A stretch of 63,017 nt of DNA, filler included, from Basidiobolus ranarum (lineage: Eukaryota), in the NCBI GenBank assembly GCA_040143965.1. It is 40 parts of 40 records of this genome, joined end to end, with 100 filler letters (N's around TTAATTAATTAA, not from the genome) between each part and the next. Parts side by side here need not be neighbours in the genome. Positions count along the whole stretch, not along the records: positions 48,958 to 50,431 come from JASJQH010011948.1; positions 50,532 to 52,005 come from JASJQH010011949.1; positions 52,106 to 53,579 come from JASJQH010011950.1; positions 53,680 to 55,152 come from JASJQH010011951.1; positions 55,253 to 56,725 come from JASJQH010011952.1; positions 56,826 to 58,298 come from JASJQH010011953.1; positions 58,399 to 59,871 come from JASJQH010011954.1; positions 59,972 to 61,444 come from JASJQH010011955.1; 32 more parts are not named here. The stretch is one strand, 5' to 3'. Below are positions 48,958 through 60,124 of this stretch, in pieces. A model generated the notes under the pieces. That model saw only the letters and a program-made list of their open reading frames with translations. It was not told the DNA's origin and did no database searches. Position 1 is the first letter of the stretch. Every line of letters begins with the position of its first letter. The translations under genes and the position numbers were made by a program.

Positions 48958-50431
48958 CTCCTTTGCTTTTCCCTTGGGTTCACAAAATTCCTGCTAATTA
49001 AGTACTTCTTTAGCTGCTTTTCTTTCTTTTCCAAGTCAAAAATTGCATACATTTTTGAGATGTTTCATGAATAGACCTATACTAGCCCAGTTGCCATTTG
49101 CTTGCAAACACCAAGAAAAAGTCACATGAAATAAGTCAACAACCTTCAGAGTAACACCTGGTTTTTGGTTTTTCCACAATTGGCTCAAATTCTGGTGATT
49201 TTGGGCAAGATTCTTCACAGTTTCCAAAATGTTACACCACTCATCATCAGAGCAGGTGATGGCAGCTCAGACATTCAAAGTCTTTTAGTCTGCTGGTTTT
49301 CTTATAAGACTTCTACTTTCATGAGCCCAAGCAATTTGGATTGTTCTGTAGTCTTCATGGTCTAACACATATTCTGCTCTGTTAGATTGTCATGGTGATA
49401 TTCATATATATGGTGTGGAATTGCTTGAAGTGCCATATGAATATGGACAGAGGAGGCAGCATGTTGCTCTAGCTCAAGTACAGTATTCTGAGGGTCTTGA
49501 ATTGTTATTGAATGACTCTCTAAATGTGCACTATTTGCTTCCAAATGCTGTATTAATTGCATTATTGTGGCATTATTGCCTGTGATGTCATGTACAGCAA
49601 CTTTGTAGTTTTTATTTATGATTGCATACAAATCATTATGGTGTTCTGCCCGCAATTCCCTTGTGGTAATAATTCTATCCAAGTTTTATTTGGAGGATTG
49701 TTTAATAGTTAGCAAAGTAGCTATTTTTGAAGTTAATAATTTTTAGTGTTTTGGTTGAACTTTTCTCAACTATTGATTTACTGGACTTGTTCTCTGTGAT
49801 GGTGCCAGATTGTGCTGTATGTATCATATGGGATAAAGTATTCTAAAACTTATGCAGCACAATTTGGCACCCTTTGCCATGATCAATGTCAATCAAATTT
49901 ACTTTAATATATTGATTCAAGGTCTGATAAATCCTGGCACAATGGAACAAGTCCACTATGTAAAGTAGGGATTACAATCCCTTCACTTGCACTATTGCCG
50001 GAAAGGAACACATCTGGTAAGTTGATTAATGCTTCATCATTACTTGAGTTAGTTTCTGGTAGGTTAATGCCTTCCAAAGTGGATGGTGGACCACTAGATT
50101 ACTCATCAATCAAATCCTCTGTCCTTGTTGGTTTTGTTCCTTTTGTGCCAGCAGGCTGTGGCTTTTAAGCCAATTTTGACTTAGACTTTGTACACTTTTG
50201 CATTGGCATTGAAATTTTCAGATGGTCAGCTAGGTGTATTGAAATTACTTAGAAACAGCTTGTAATGAGCAAAAATTGCCATGCATTGCCAGAAATATCT
50301 TGTAAATCCTCTGCTTACTCATCAGTGACACCATCTCAGAATCAGCTGATGATATTGATGAGCTATACCTAAAATACAACCCTTACATAGCAGGTGTTCT
50401 TTTTTTACAATATCCCTCTCATGCCACAATA
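48958..50431 (-). mobile_element. CACTA-like ORF2 (ATG 50209, minus), intergenic region and transposase start (ATG 50421, plus)
   Basis: Reverse complement of 58695-59871, with the same head-to-head spacing. Confidence 0.85.
49783..49954. mobile_element. 172-bp PIF/Harbinger (Tourist)-like MITE with 3-bp TSD ACT
   Basis: ACT-GGACTTGTTC...GAACAAGTCC-ACT. The empty site is visible in the ORF2 copies near 1605 and 59168. Confidence 0.85.
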
Positions 50432-50531
50432 NNNNNNNNNNNNNNNNNNNNNNNNNNNNNNNNNNNNNNNNNNNNTTAATTAATTAANNNNNNNNNNNNN
50501 NNNNNNNNNNNNNNNNNNNNNNNNNNNNNNN

Positions 50532-50940
50532 ACATGATTGGTTAGGTTTCTTGGAATGATCCAAAAAACATGACTTTCATATAAGGTGATCTGGATGGAC
50601 TAACACAAGATTGCCAAGAATGGATGGCACAGCAGATATGATGTCATAATATAATAATAGAAGAGTTCTATTTGCAGTGGATCAGTATGCCAAGATCAGA
50701 ATCATGACACCTATATTCTAAATAGGATTATCTCTATATCTATATAACAAGTATGTCTTATTACCCCACTTATCTATTATATCATATTAAACAAACTCCT
50801 GAATATCTCAAACAATTGATTCACTTTTCTACTATATAAGTCACCATATACTCTTAAGAATAAGGTAACTAAAAAGCACACTATCATAAGTTGCCCCTGT
50901 TACACAAAGTCCACCCCCATTATGTTAAGATCCTCCAATA
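50532..50940 (+). repeat. LTR family C end (to 50709) nested in LTR family B (50710-50940)
   Basis: Homology switches from 33431-33608 (inverted) to 40928-40980 and 34775-34903. Confidence 0.7.
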
Positions 50941-51894
50941 ATTTTGTTGAGATGACTAGGCAGCAATGGTTGCTTGCTTTATTCCATGAACTTTGCAAAA
51001 GTGCCTAAATAGTGTTGAGGAATATTTTTTACCTCTATCAGTGTGTATTTTGTTGATTTTAGTCCCTGTTTCAGTCTTTTCATGTGTTTTAAAATCTCTG
51101 AAGATAGAGAGAGCTTCTTCTTTTATTTCAATAAAGTAGACCCAAGTGTTTCTTGTATAACTATCAATTAATGTGATGGAATACCTTTTTCCACCTAAAG
51201 ATAAATTTTGAATAGGTACACACAAATCTGAATGAATTAGATCCAAATGTTTGACAGATTTGATTAAACCAGAGCTCCTGAATGGTTGCCTGGCTTGTTT
51301 TACAAATATTCAACCCTCACAAATTTCCATTTTGGTTGAGGAGTTAATTTGAATTCCAGAAATTTTGCAATTTTTGATCATTTGGCTACAATAATCAAAT
51401 CCAATATGTCCAAATGTCTTATGCCAAAATTGAATACTTTTTTCATTGGAATAACTTGTGTTTACACATAGACCTCTTGGATTATATGCAAGTTTGTATA
51501 ACCTCTGATCCTTTACTCCCAATGCTAAATAATTCCCATTTTGATCAGTGATGGGGCATCCTGACTTAACAAAATTGAATTTTAGCCCTTCTGATGTTGC
51601 CTTGCATATAGATATTGAATTCTTGCCAATATCTGAAACATGTAGTACATCCTTAAGAGTATACACTTTCTCTTCCAAAGCTCCAGTTATATTCACTTGA
51701 GTTGTTATCATTCCAATAGCATCCAACATGCATTCATCTCCCATGAAACCTTTCTAATTGGATTTCTTCATAATCCAGAAATCAATTTTTTTCATTTGTG
51801 AAATGTTGAGAGGCTCCAGAATCAATATACCATGTCTGAGAATCCTTGTTGGTAGTTATAGATAGAGCAGATATAAGCAAGTGATCTTCTGTTG
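50941..51894 (-). mobile_element. Ty1/copia protease-integrase fragment
   Basis: WYIDSGAS, LKDVLHV, WHKTFGH, CEG, IHSDLC, DSYTRNTWVYF. Confidence 0.9.
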
Positions 51895-52005
51895 TGTTGG
51901 AGGATCTTGACATAATGGGGGTAGACTTTGAGTATTAGAAGCAACTTATGATAGTGTGTTTTAGTTGGTTTATTCTTAAGAGTATATGGTGACTTATATA
52001 GTAGA
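51895..52005 (-). repeat. LTR family B terminus
   Basis: TGTTGGAGGATCTTGAC..., the reverse complement of 34792-34903. Confidence 0.8.
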
Positions 52006-52546
52006 NNNNNNNNNNNNNNNNNNNNNNNNNNNNNNNNNNNNNNNNNNNNTTAATTAATTAANNNNNNNNNNNNNNNNNNNNNNNNNNNNNNNNNNNNNNN
52101 NNNNNGTCCTCTTGTATTAGAGAGTTAGAAGTGAGTGGCATGAAGTAAAGGAGTGTCGATCCCCCCCCCCCCCAATTGAAGTTACTACAAGATATAAAAT
52201 GGGGGAATTTCTTATGGAAGGAAACTTATTTTGGTAGTGTTTATCGATTAATAATAACCTGCCAAATTATTCACCATACATATTGAATTTCTGGATAAAT
52301 TTCCTGATACCTAGTCAATTCCGAACAAGTGGAAATCTAGTCACAATTTATGCACTCGATGAGGATTATTGAAAAGTATCTCCCATACAATAAGTCTCTG
52401 AAAAGAATTCTTTATTATTTCAAAGAAAGAGGGATCCCTTCTTGGCTCTATATTCGCGCCCGTCAAGGGGATACAAGTAAAGGAAGATGGTAGTGGAGCA
52501 GTAGCAAATTGACTACTTAGTAAAGAGGAGGGGATAAACTCACAGG

Positions 52547-52794
52547 CTAAAACATGTGCTCAAAGAAGGAGAAAACCGCCGAACCGCCCACAACAAACAG
52601 TAGGAAACCGACAATATAAACACTAGGTCCGCTCTTCTCCTCCTCTTCTTCTACCTTGATCTTCTGGCCGCGCTTGGTGATTCTTCTAGCATACTCGTTG
52701 TTCTTTTGGCGCATGGTTGGAGCGGTGGCCTAAACAGAAGATTAGTTCACCCAAAGGGGACTGTTACTATTTCAATCCTAGGAATAGTTACCAT
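52547..52794 (-). CDS. YSY6: RAMP4/SERP1/Ysy6 small ER membrane protein, 61 aa. Exon 1 is the ATG only (52794-52792), intron 52791-52730, exon 2 52729-52547
   Basis: MATAPTMRQKNNEYARRITKRGQKIKVEEEEEKSGPSVYIVGFLLFVVGGSAVFSFFEHMF*, with a GTAAC..CTAAT..TAG intron. Confidence 0.88.
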
Positions 52795-53285
52795 TTTGAT
52801 TGTAGGTTAAAGGTGTGGTGTGGTGGCAGTTTCAGGTGATGGGAAATAGGTTGCGTAGTTCAGGGATAAGGAAGCCACTTGGCCTTTTAACCGTTGAAAC
52901 TTTAAATGAATAGATCCCGTGACCACAAGCATTATCACTAATCAAGCTCAACTATCTAGTATGCTTCTATGGTTGCTGTTTGAGCACCATGCAGCACTCT
53001 TTAATAAGTTCGACTCTATTCCTGTTTCATCACGAAGATTCACTCTCCGCAGATCACTGGCTGGTTTATTAAATCATTTCATGTAATTCAAGTATCCCTC
53101 ATGCACAATCTGCGCTCATTTATTTATGTAGGAGCAAGACAAACAATGCTAGCCAATTCAAATCCCTGGCTAACATCTACACCAATTGTAGGGGCGATCC
53201 TTGGCAATCAACGAATCCCTTCCATCAGGAGCAAGGGGGACGAGCCAGTGATCAGAGAGCTCAAACTCACTGCTAGAGTGGACGG

Positions 53286-53579
53286 TTAGTCAAGCATATC
53301 CAGCAGGCGAGCTGTCCGCTGTATCTGCAACGGGAGCGTTTATACTTCATCATCAGCCAACCTCACCCCTAATAGGTTAACCAGTCCTACTTTAACAAGA
53401 TGAGAGGTTGGCTTCTTGGATACCCCAAAAAGCTTCTTGAGAAGTTGGAGAAAAAATGCATTTTCTTTCCCTATAGTTGTTTCCAGACCAGCGGCAAACC
53501 CGTCTCGCAGAAGTAGACGTGCTGTCTCTGCCACGGCGCTCACATCTCTCCACACTAGGGGGCGATGGCTTGCCGGGGG
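53286..53579 (-). CDS. C-terminus of an unidentified host gene, probable intron 53390-53325
   Basis: Open frame ..WRDVSAVAETARLLLRDG..KKPTSHLVK. A GTAGGA..TTGCAG intron gives in-frame IQRTARLLDMLD*. CpG-rich, host-like composition. Confidence 0.5.
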
Positions 53580-53718
53580 NNNNNNNNNNNNNNNNNNNNN
53601 NNNNNNNNNNNNNNNNNNNNNNNTTAATTAATTAANNNNNNNNNNNNNNNNNNNNNNNNNNNNNNNNNNNNNNNNNNNNTAAGTCTAACATCATAGATAT
53701 ATATGGTAGTTATGTATT

Positions 53719-55152
53719 ATGTCAAAACAGATTCTTCCTGATTCACAACCTACTTTGGTACAGGAAACCACCACTTCCAAAATTTTGCACACACAGTCAA
53801 ACAAAGGTGTGGGTGGTGCAAAGCAGCACATGCCTAATGATTTTACAGAAGCCCAGGTATCCACTATGAATTCTTGCTTGCATTTATGGAGGTTATTAAT
53901 AAACTTGACAGATGCTGGGGAAGGGGGCATTAGACAAAAGTAGAGGCAACTTTTGACCCTGCTATGGAGAGAATACTATATCTTCATCTCTTCAGAAGTC
54001 TGCAAGAAATGTACAATAAGACTCATGAGGATAGAATGCGTGAACTGAGAAATAGGAATTTGGATGTTGAATCTGCAAAGACATGATTACAATTGTATTT
54101 TTGCTTGTATGGACCAGAAGCAACAGTTGCAGCCTCAACTTTAGAGACAAAAGAGGTTCTCAATAGATATCTAGCACTACTCAACAAGACTTTGCAGCAA
54201 CTGTTGATGGAGGTTGCAGAGTTCAAAACAATGTTTCAGGACACTATGGCAAGAGTAATCAACAGCAGTGTAAAGAGAAAAGCAAGACAATTTATTGAAT
54301 CAGAAGATATTCCCAAATGCAAATTGGAGTAGTCTAAACCATTGCAGAGATGTACCAGATCACTCCAAAGCAAAGAGACTCCTGACAAGGTATCTATTTC
54401 ACAAGAAGAATCTACCCAACTCACCACTAGAACTGAGATAACACCTCCAACAAGGGCAAGAGCCCAACAAGTTGGTTCAGCAGTACACATTGACAGCAAT
54501 GCCAGCTTGGAACAGTCCATGATGTTTCTCCCCTTTTTCATGAAGAGCAAGCAGTCAATGAAGAGCCAGAAAGAGGCCAGCCCACATTCTCACGCATCAT
54601 AAAACGCAATTTACCTGATTCAACCAAACCATACAGTGAGCTTTTTACATCTGGAAAAGAGTCAGCTCCACGGAGCATGCCACCAGAAAGACATACCGGT
54701 TTAACACATATTGCTGCACAACAGCAACAAAGGCCAACTGCAAGAATTATTGAACCTTCCACTTTGTTGGATGAAGATCTGACACCTGAGAGCAATCTAC
54801 TGAGATGGCAATCCATTACAACACCTATCCGCACAAGACCAAGACAATGGGTGTTTGAGAGAGATAATGAAGCTCTTACTGAACTTGAAGAAGCCACAAC
54901 AGGCAAACACAAACATCAAGGTAGACAATATGCCCCAATGCGTTCCACCATGCAATAGAGGTCATGGTGGCTAGTCAAAAGAGACAAAGGTTCTACCATG
55001 GTTGAAGAGGCAAGAACAGCCAAATGCAAAGCTCAAGGTATATTACTTGCTCCAACATGTACTGGAATGCAACCATGGCAACAGCCAGTAGAAAGAGATG
55101 AAGCTTTCACTGTGGTTGAAGAAGCAATAAACACCAAACACAAACCACAAAG
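53719..55152 (+). pseudogene. Long degenerate ORF of unknown, probably transposon, origin with ~36-aa tandem repeats
   Basis: Consecutive broken plus-strand ORFs with CpG depletion. Three units resemble W..ERD..T..EEA..K.K.QG at 54835-55152. Confidence 0.5.
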
Positions 55153-55252
55153 NNNNNNNNNNNNNNNNNNNNNNNNNNNNNNNNNNNNNNNNNNNNTTAA
55201 TTAATTAANNNNNNNNNNNNNNNNNNNNNNNNNNNNNNNNNNNNNNNNNNNN

Positions 55253-55380
55253 TAATCGACTGGAAGGGAAACATAACAAAAGATCAATCATGGGACCTAG
55301 CAACAAATTATTCCAATTCTAAGGAACTTTGCCAGGAGTTTCATGAAGCCTACCCAAAAAAACCTGCAGAAATCCACTGA
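55253..55380 (+). mobile_element. Ty3/gypsy chromodomain C-terminus (end of pol)
   Basis: IDWKGNITKDQSWDLATNYSNSKELCQEFHEAYPKKP*. Confidence 0.8.
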
Positions 55381-55770
55381 TTAAGAAGTGGCTAGCCACA
55401 CCATCTTCAAATCAACTATCATGCTGGAAACTGATACAAGATGGCCCTCTTGTTTCTGAATTAGCTTTATAACTACATGAAACAAAATAGCCCAAAATTG
55501 TTGCTATAGACTTCCAGCTAGACCTTTGGAAGCAATATCTTACCTCCAAGACACCTTTTTTGATCCCCATTATTCCAGATTTTGGTCCTATTGTCCATTT
55601 GGTTTATACTGAGTATTTTCCTTTCTGCCTACCACCTCTGCCCCTTGACACTATATTTACATCCTAAGAACTGGATTACATTGGTTATCAAGTTAAGTAT
55701 GGATATGATCCAGTTTTGTCATAATATCTTAGAAGATTGATATCATGATTGCCACTTTGTATAGATTAGT
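55381..55770 (+). repeat. Gypsy 3' region with a degenerate SCW..DLWKQYL ORF (family E paralog)
   Basis: LSCWKLIQDGPLVSELA..DLWKQYLTSKTPF. The 3' part matches 23900-24012. Confidence 0.6.
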
Positions 55771-56825
55771 ACATTGGGCTACTCTTCCAGTGAGTTGTAC
55801 TTGTATCACATAATGTCTAGCAGGAATGTCTTATTTAGAAAGAATATCTTTTCGCTTGATAATTTATTTTATTACCATAATAAAAGCATCCATTTTAGAG
55901 TTAAAATCAATTCCCGATATTGGTCATCGATGCTGGTGATAAACTTATCACTAAAGAATTGGAGCAGTACTATCCTAATATTACTGTCTTGACCCTAGGT
56001 CCTAATATTAGTATTGATGAATAATTTGATAGCTTTGCGATTCAGTAGCTGGCTGTGAAGTATCGATATGTTACGACATACACCGGCATAGTGTTCATAT
56101 TATCCTAGACAACAGTCACTAATTACCATACACATACAATTACCAGACACGTACCAACCTTTTCTTGATGAAATTCTTCATATGAGTGCAATACAACTTC
56201 CACATATTTAAATAGTACTTTAATCTTTCATATTAAAAGAGCATGTAGAACAGCTTAATGGTTAGAATTGAAGATTGGGAGTGGTGCCCTTGTGATTACA
56301 TTATTAGTGGCCATGGAGACCAGTGCCGCATATACTTAAGTAGTTGTGCTCAGACTGCCTTGAGTCTTTCACTGTAGTTTTGAAACTATCCATGGAAAAC
56401 CTCGGTAAAATGTGTCTAAAACACCAAATATTTATATAACAACGAGAACTCCACGACTAGACCATGGAGCCTTAGTAGTCAAATTAAAGTCAAACTAGGT
56501 ACATTCAACCCTTTAACCCAACAATGGCACAATAGTCGAAGTGAAAATTATCAATTATGAGTCATATATTTTCTTTCTTCCGAGGTGAGCACTCAAGTAA
56601 CCAAAAAGTAATTGTACGATCAGTAACAATCAAAACGATGATGCTTTAACATCAAAGCTATTTGTACTAGTACATGTTTGCGAATTAATGGTTTTTTATG
56701 CTTTTAGTGTTGTTAGAAAACAATANNNNNNNNNNNNNNNNNNNNNNNNNNNNNNNNNNNNNNNNNNNNTTAATTAATTAANNNNNNNNNNNNNNNNNNN
56801 NNNNNNNNNNNNNNNNNNNNNNNNN

Positions 56826-57060
56826 CTTAGGCTTACAGCTAATACCAAGTTTGATATTAGACTGACTAGTTAGTGAATAGATATCAGTTACCATGTTGAA
56901 ATCTGACTGGGCTCTCGGCAGTAAAATCATGGATTTTAGTGTTGTATTTAGATAGTTGTAATGTGTATGCCTGATAGAGTAAACTCCATTGATTTGACAA
57001 AATCTACAGAAAGATAGTGCATTGTGGCCTCAAAAACCTCCAAGTTTACTGATGGCAAGA
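56826..57060 (-). mobile_element. CACTA-type transposase core fragment
   Basis: LAISKLGGF*GHNALSFCRFCQING matches the DxPAxxK..GH....CxxC motif. Overlaps 7675-7800. Confidence 0.85.
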
Positions 57061-58298
57061 CCCTTACAGACATTTAAGGATTTTTATTGTAGGAAAACCT
57101 TTACAAATTTAATCCATTTTGGATTGATTGTTTACTTACCATCATGAAATTGACAAGTTAGATTTGATTTTAATCAATTTTTCCAGTTTCAGGAGTGAAA
57201 TTTCAAGATCTTGCGAAATAGTAGCACATGATTAGCTACAATCTTAGAGAACTATGGATAAATATATGTGCAAAAAATGTAACTCAAATTGACACATTTA
57301 CCACTTGAACACTAATTTATCACCTTCAATATTCCTAGTTTCCTTGATATATATTTTCCTGAATATTTTATAGAGTTCTTCATACCCTGGGTTTAGCTCC
57401 TATCCAACACAAGTTTGTATCAATATCTCCATCAAAGCCAACCATTGTATAAATGTTGCAGAATGAACATTCTTCCAGATATCTGGTGGATATCTTGACA
57501 TATTGTGCCACTCTGCACTAAGTTCTTCCTAGATATCTGCATGGCCAACACCGGACTGAATGTCAAGTTGAATGTTCTTCTTCTGAAGTAAATTTCTGCA
57601 TAATTGCACTGTGTTTTTCCCTTCACACTTTTGAAAATACTCCTCAAGCACTTTGACTACTTTCATACATACTTGTAGTGTGATACTATGTAGGATGTTT
57701 TGTGGTGCTTGTATGGCTTGTTACATGCCTTAAACTCTGGGGCTAATTTCAACACTTTGAAAAGTACTAGTAGAGGTTGGAGAGCCATGAGTTTTATTTG
57801 CTAGTGCTTTGGCTTGTTGAGAGGTGCCAGGTGTTGGATAAACTTCCAAATTTAGCACTCTTGCAACTGGTGTTCCTGGTTCCATGGTGAAGTTAAGCTT
57901 TTTTACCAGTATATCTGATTTTGGAAATACAGATCTTTGTAATAGTATGAAGAATTCAGTAAGTCAGACAGTAGAGCCAGAACTCACTGGCTCCTTTGCT
58001 TTTCCCTTGGGTTTACCAACTTCTTGCTCCTTGAGTACTTCTTTAGCTTCTTTTCTTTCTTTTCCAAATGAATAATTGCATACATTTTTGAGATATTTCA
58101 CAAATAGGCTTATACTGGCCCAATTGCCATTTCCTTGTAGCAACCCAGGATAAGCTACATGAAATATGACAAGAATCTTCAGAGTAATGCCTGGTTCTTG
58201 GTTTTTCCACAATTGGCTCAAATCAAGGTGATTTTTGGCAAGATTCAACACAGTTTTAAACATGTTAAACCATACATCATCTGAGCAAGTGATGGCAG
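57061..58298 (-). mobile_element. CACTA-like left terminus and C-terminal half of ORF2
   Basis: CCCTTACAGACATTTAAGG at 57061. ORF2 (HLDLSQLWKNQ..NWASI..LKN) reads toward this end. Confidence 0.85.
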
Positions 58299-58398
58299 NN
58301 NNNNNNNNNNNNNNNNNNNNNNNNNNNNNNNNNNNNNNNNNNTTAATTAATTAANNNNNNNNNNNNNNNNNNNNNNNNNNNNNNNNNNNNNNNNNNNN

Positions 58399-59871
58399 TT
58401 GACCAAAGTTGCATTTTGACCTATATCATTCTGGTCATATAACTGTGGTAACACCATTGTATCTTAACTTTTTGCAGTTTTACCAAAACATTGAGGCAAA
58501 TTACAGTCAGTGGACTCAATGGGCAAAACTAAAGTAAATTTAGTGCACTTATTACTGTTGTTATACACCAGGCTTTGTGCAGCTAGTGGCTTTGTACAGT
58601 GACTGTGCTTGTGATTAATTTTTCTATGAAGCCTCTGGCTTTCATGGCACAAGAATTTGTGACAATAATAGCAGGGCCTCTTTGAATGTTTGCACTATGG
58701 CATGAGAAGGATATTGTAGAAAAAAGAACACCTCCTACCCAAGAGTGGTATATTAGATAGAGCCCATCAATATCAGCAGCAGATTCTGAGATGGTGTCAC
58801 AGATGTGTCATCAGGAGATTTACAAGATATTTCTGGTAATGGATGGCAATTTTGGCTTATTATAAGCTTTTTCTAAGCAATTTCATTACACCCAGCTAAT
58901 CATCTGAAAGTTTGAATGCCATTCTAAAACCAATCAAAATCTAAATCAAAATTGGCTTCCAAGCCAAAGCCTGTTGGCACAAAAGGAAAAAACCAGCAAG
59001 AACAGAGGACTTAATTGATGAGCAGTCTAGTGATCCACTATCTACTTTTGAATGCATTAACATGCTGGAAACTAACTCAAGGAATAATGAAGCATTAATC
59101 AGTTTACCAGATGTGTTCCTTTCCAGTGATAGTGCAAGTGAAGAGATTTTAATCCCCCAATCATGTAGTAAATCAAAGGTTGAGCAAAGTTCAACCAGAA
59201 CACCATCAAAACAATCAACTTCCGAAATGGCTACTTTGCCCACTATTGACCAACCCTCCTTATAAAATTTGGATAGAATTATTACAACAATGGAATCACA
59301 GGCAGAACACCATAATGATTTGAATGCAATTGTAAGTAAAAGCTACAAAGTTACTATACAGGCCATGACAAGCAATGATGCCACAATAGTGCAATTAATG
59401 ATGCATTTGGAAGCAACTTGTCAACAGTTAGAGAGTGCCTCAAGATTGATACAAGATCTTCAGAATGCTGCACTTGAGCTACAGCAACATGCTGCTCCCT
59501 CTGTCCAATCTCATATGGGATTTGAATCAATCCCATATCACACATATGAATGTCACCATGACAATCTGGCAGAGCAGAATATGTGTTGGACCATTAAGCC
59601 TACACAATGACCCAAAATTGCTTGGGCACATGAAAGAAGAAATCTCAAAGGAAAACCGACAAACCAAAAGTCACTGAATCTTGGAGCTGCCATCACTTGC
59701 TCTGATGATGAGCAATTTAACATTTTGGAAACTCTGTGGAATTCTGCCCAAAATCACCTGGATTTGAGCCAATTGTGGAAAAACCAAAAACCAGGCATTA
59801 CTCTGAAGGTTCTTGACTTATATCCTGTTGCTAATCCTGGGTTTTTGCAAGCAAATGGCAATTGGGCTTGT
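58399..59871. mobile_element. CACTA-like element centre: transposase start (ATG 58703, minus) and divergent ORF2 (ATG 58916, plus)
   Basis: The minus strand reads MP*CKHSKRPCYYCHKFLCHESQRLHRK and runs into sequence matching 7987-8140. The plus strand carries the ORF2 fragments seen in the ORF track. Confidence 0.85.
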
Positions 59872-59971
59872 NNNNNNNNNNNNNNNNNNNNNNNNNNNNN
59901 NNNNNNNNNNNNNNNTTAATTAATTAANNNNNNNNNNNNNNNNNNNNNNNNNNNNNNNNNNNNNNNNNNNN

Positions 59972-60124
59972 CACATAATTCACATATATATATAATATAT
60001 GTTCCGATTTGCAGCTAAGTGATATTTGACTAAATAATGTTGACTAACTAATATGTGATATATGAAATAGTTAGGTGTATAAGGATAGGGATAACATATA
60101 TGATAAAGACAATAAACTTCAACA
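59972..60124 (-). repeat. LTR-like repeat family F
   Basis: Reverse complement of 23390-23542. Confidence 0.65.
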
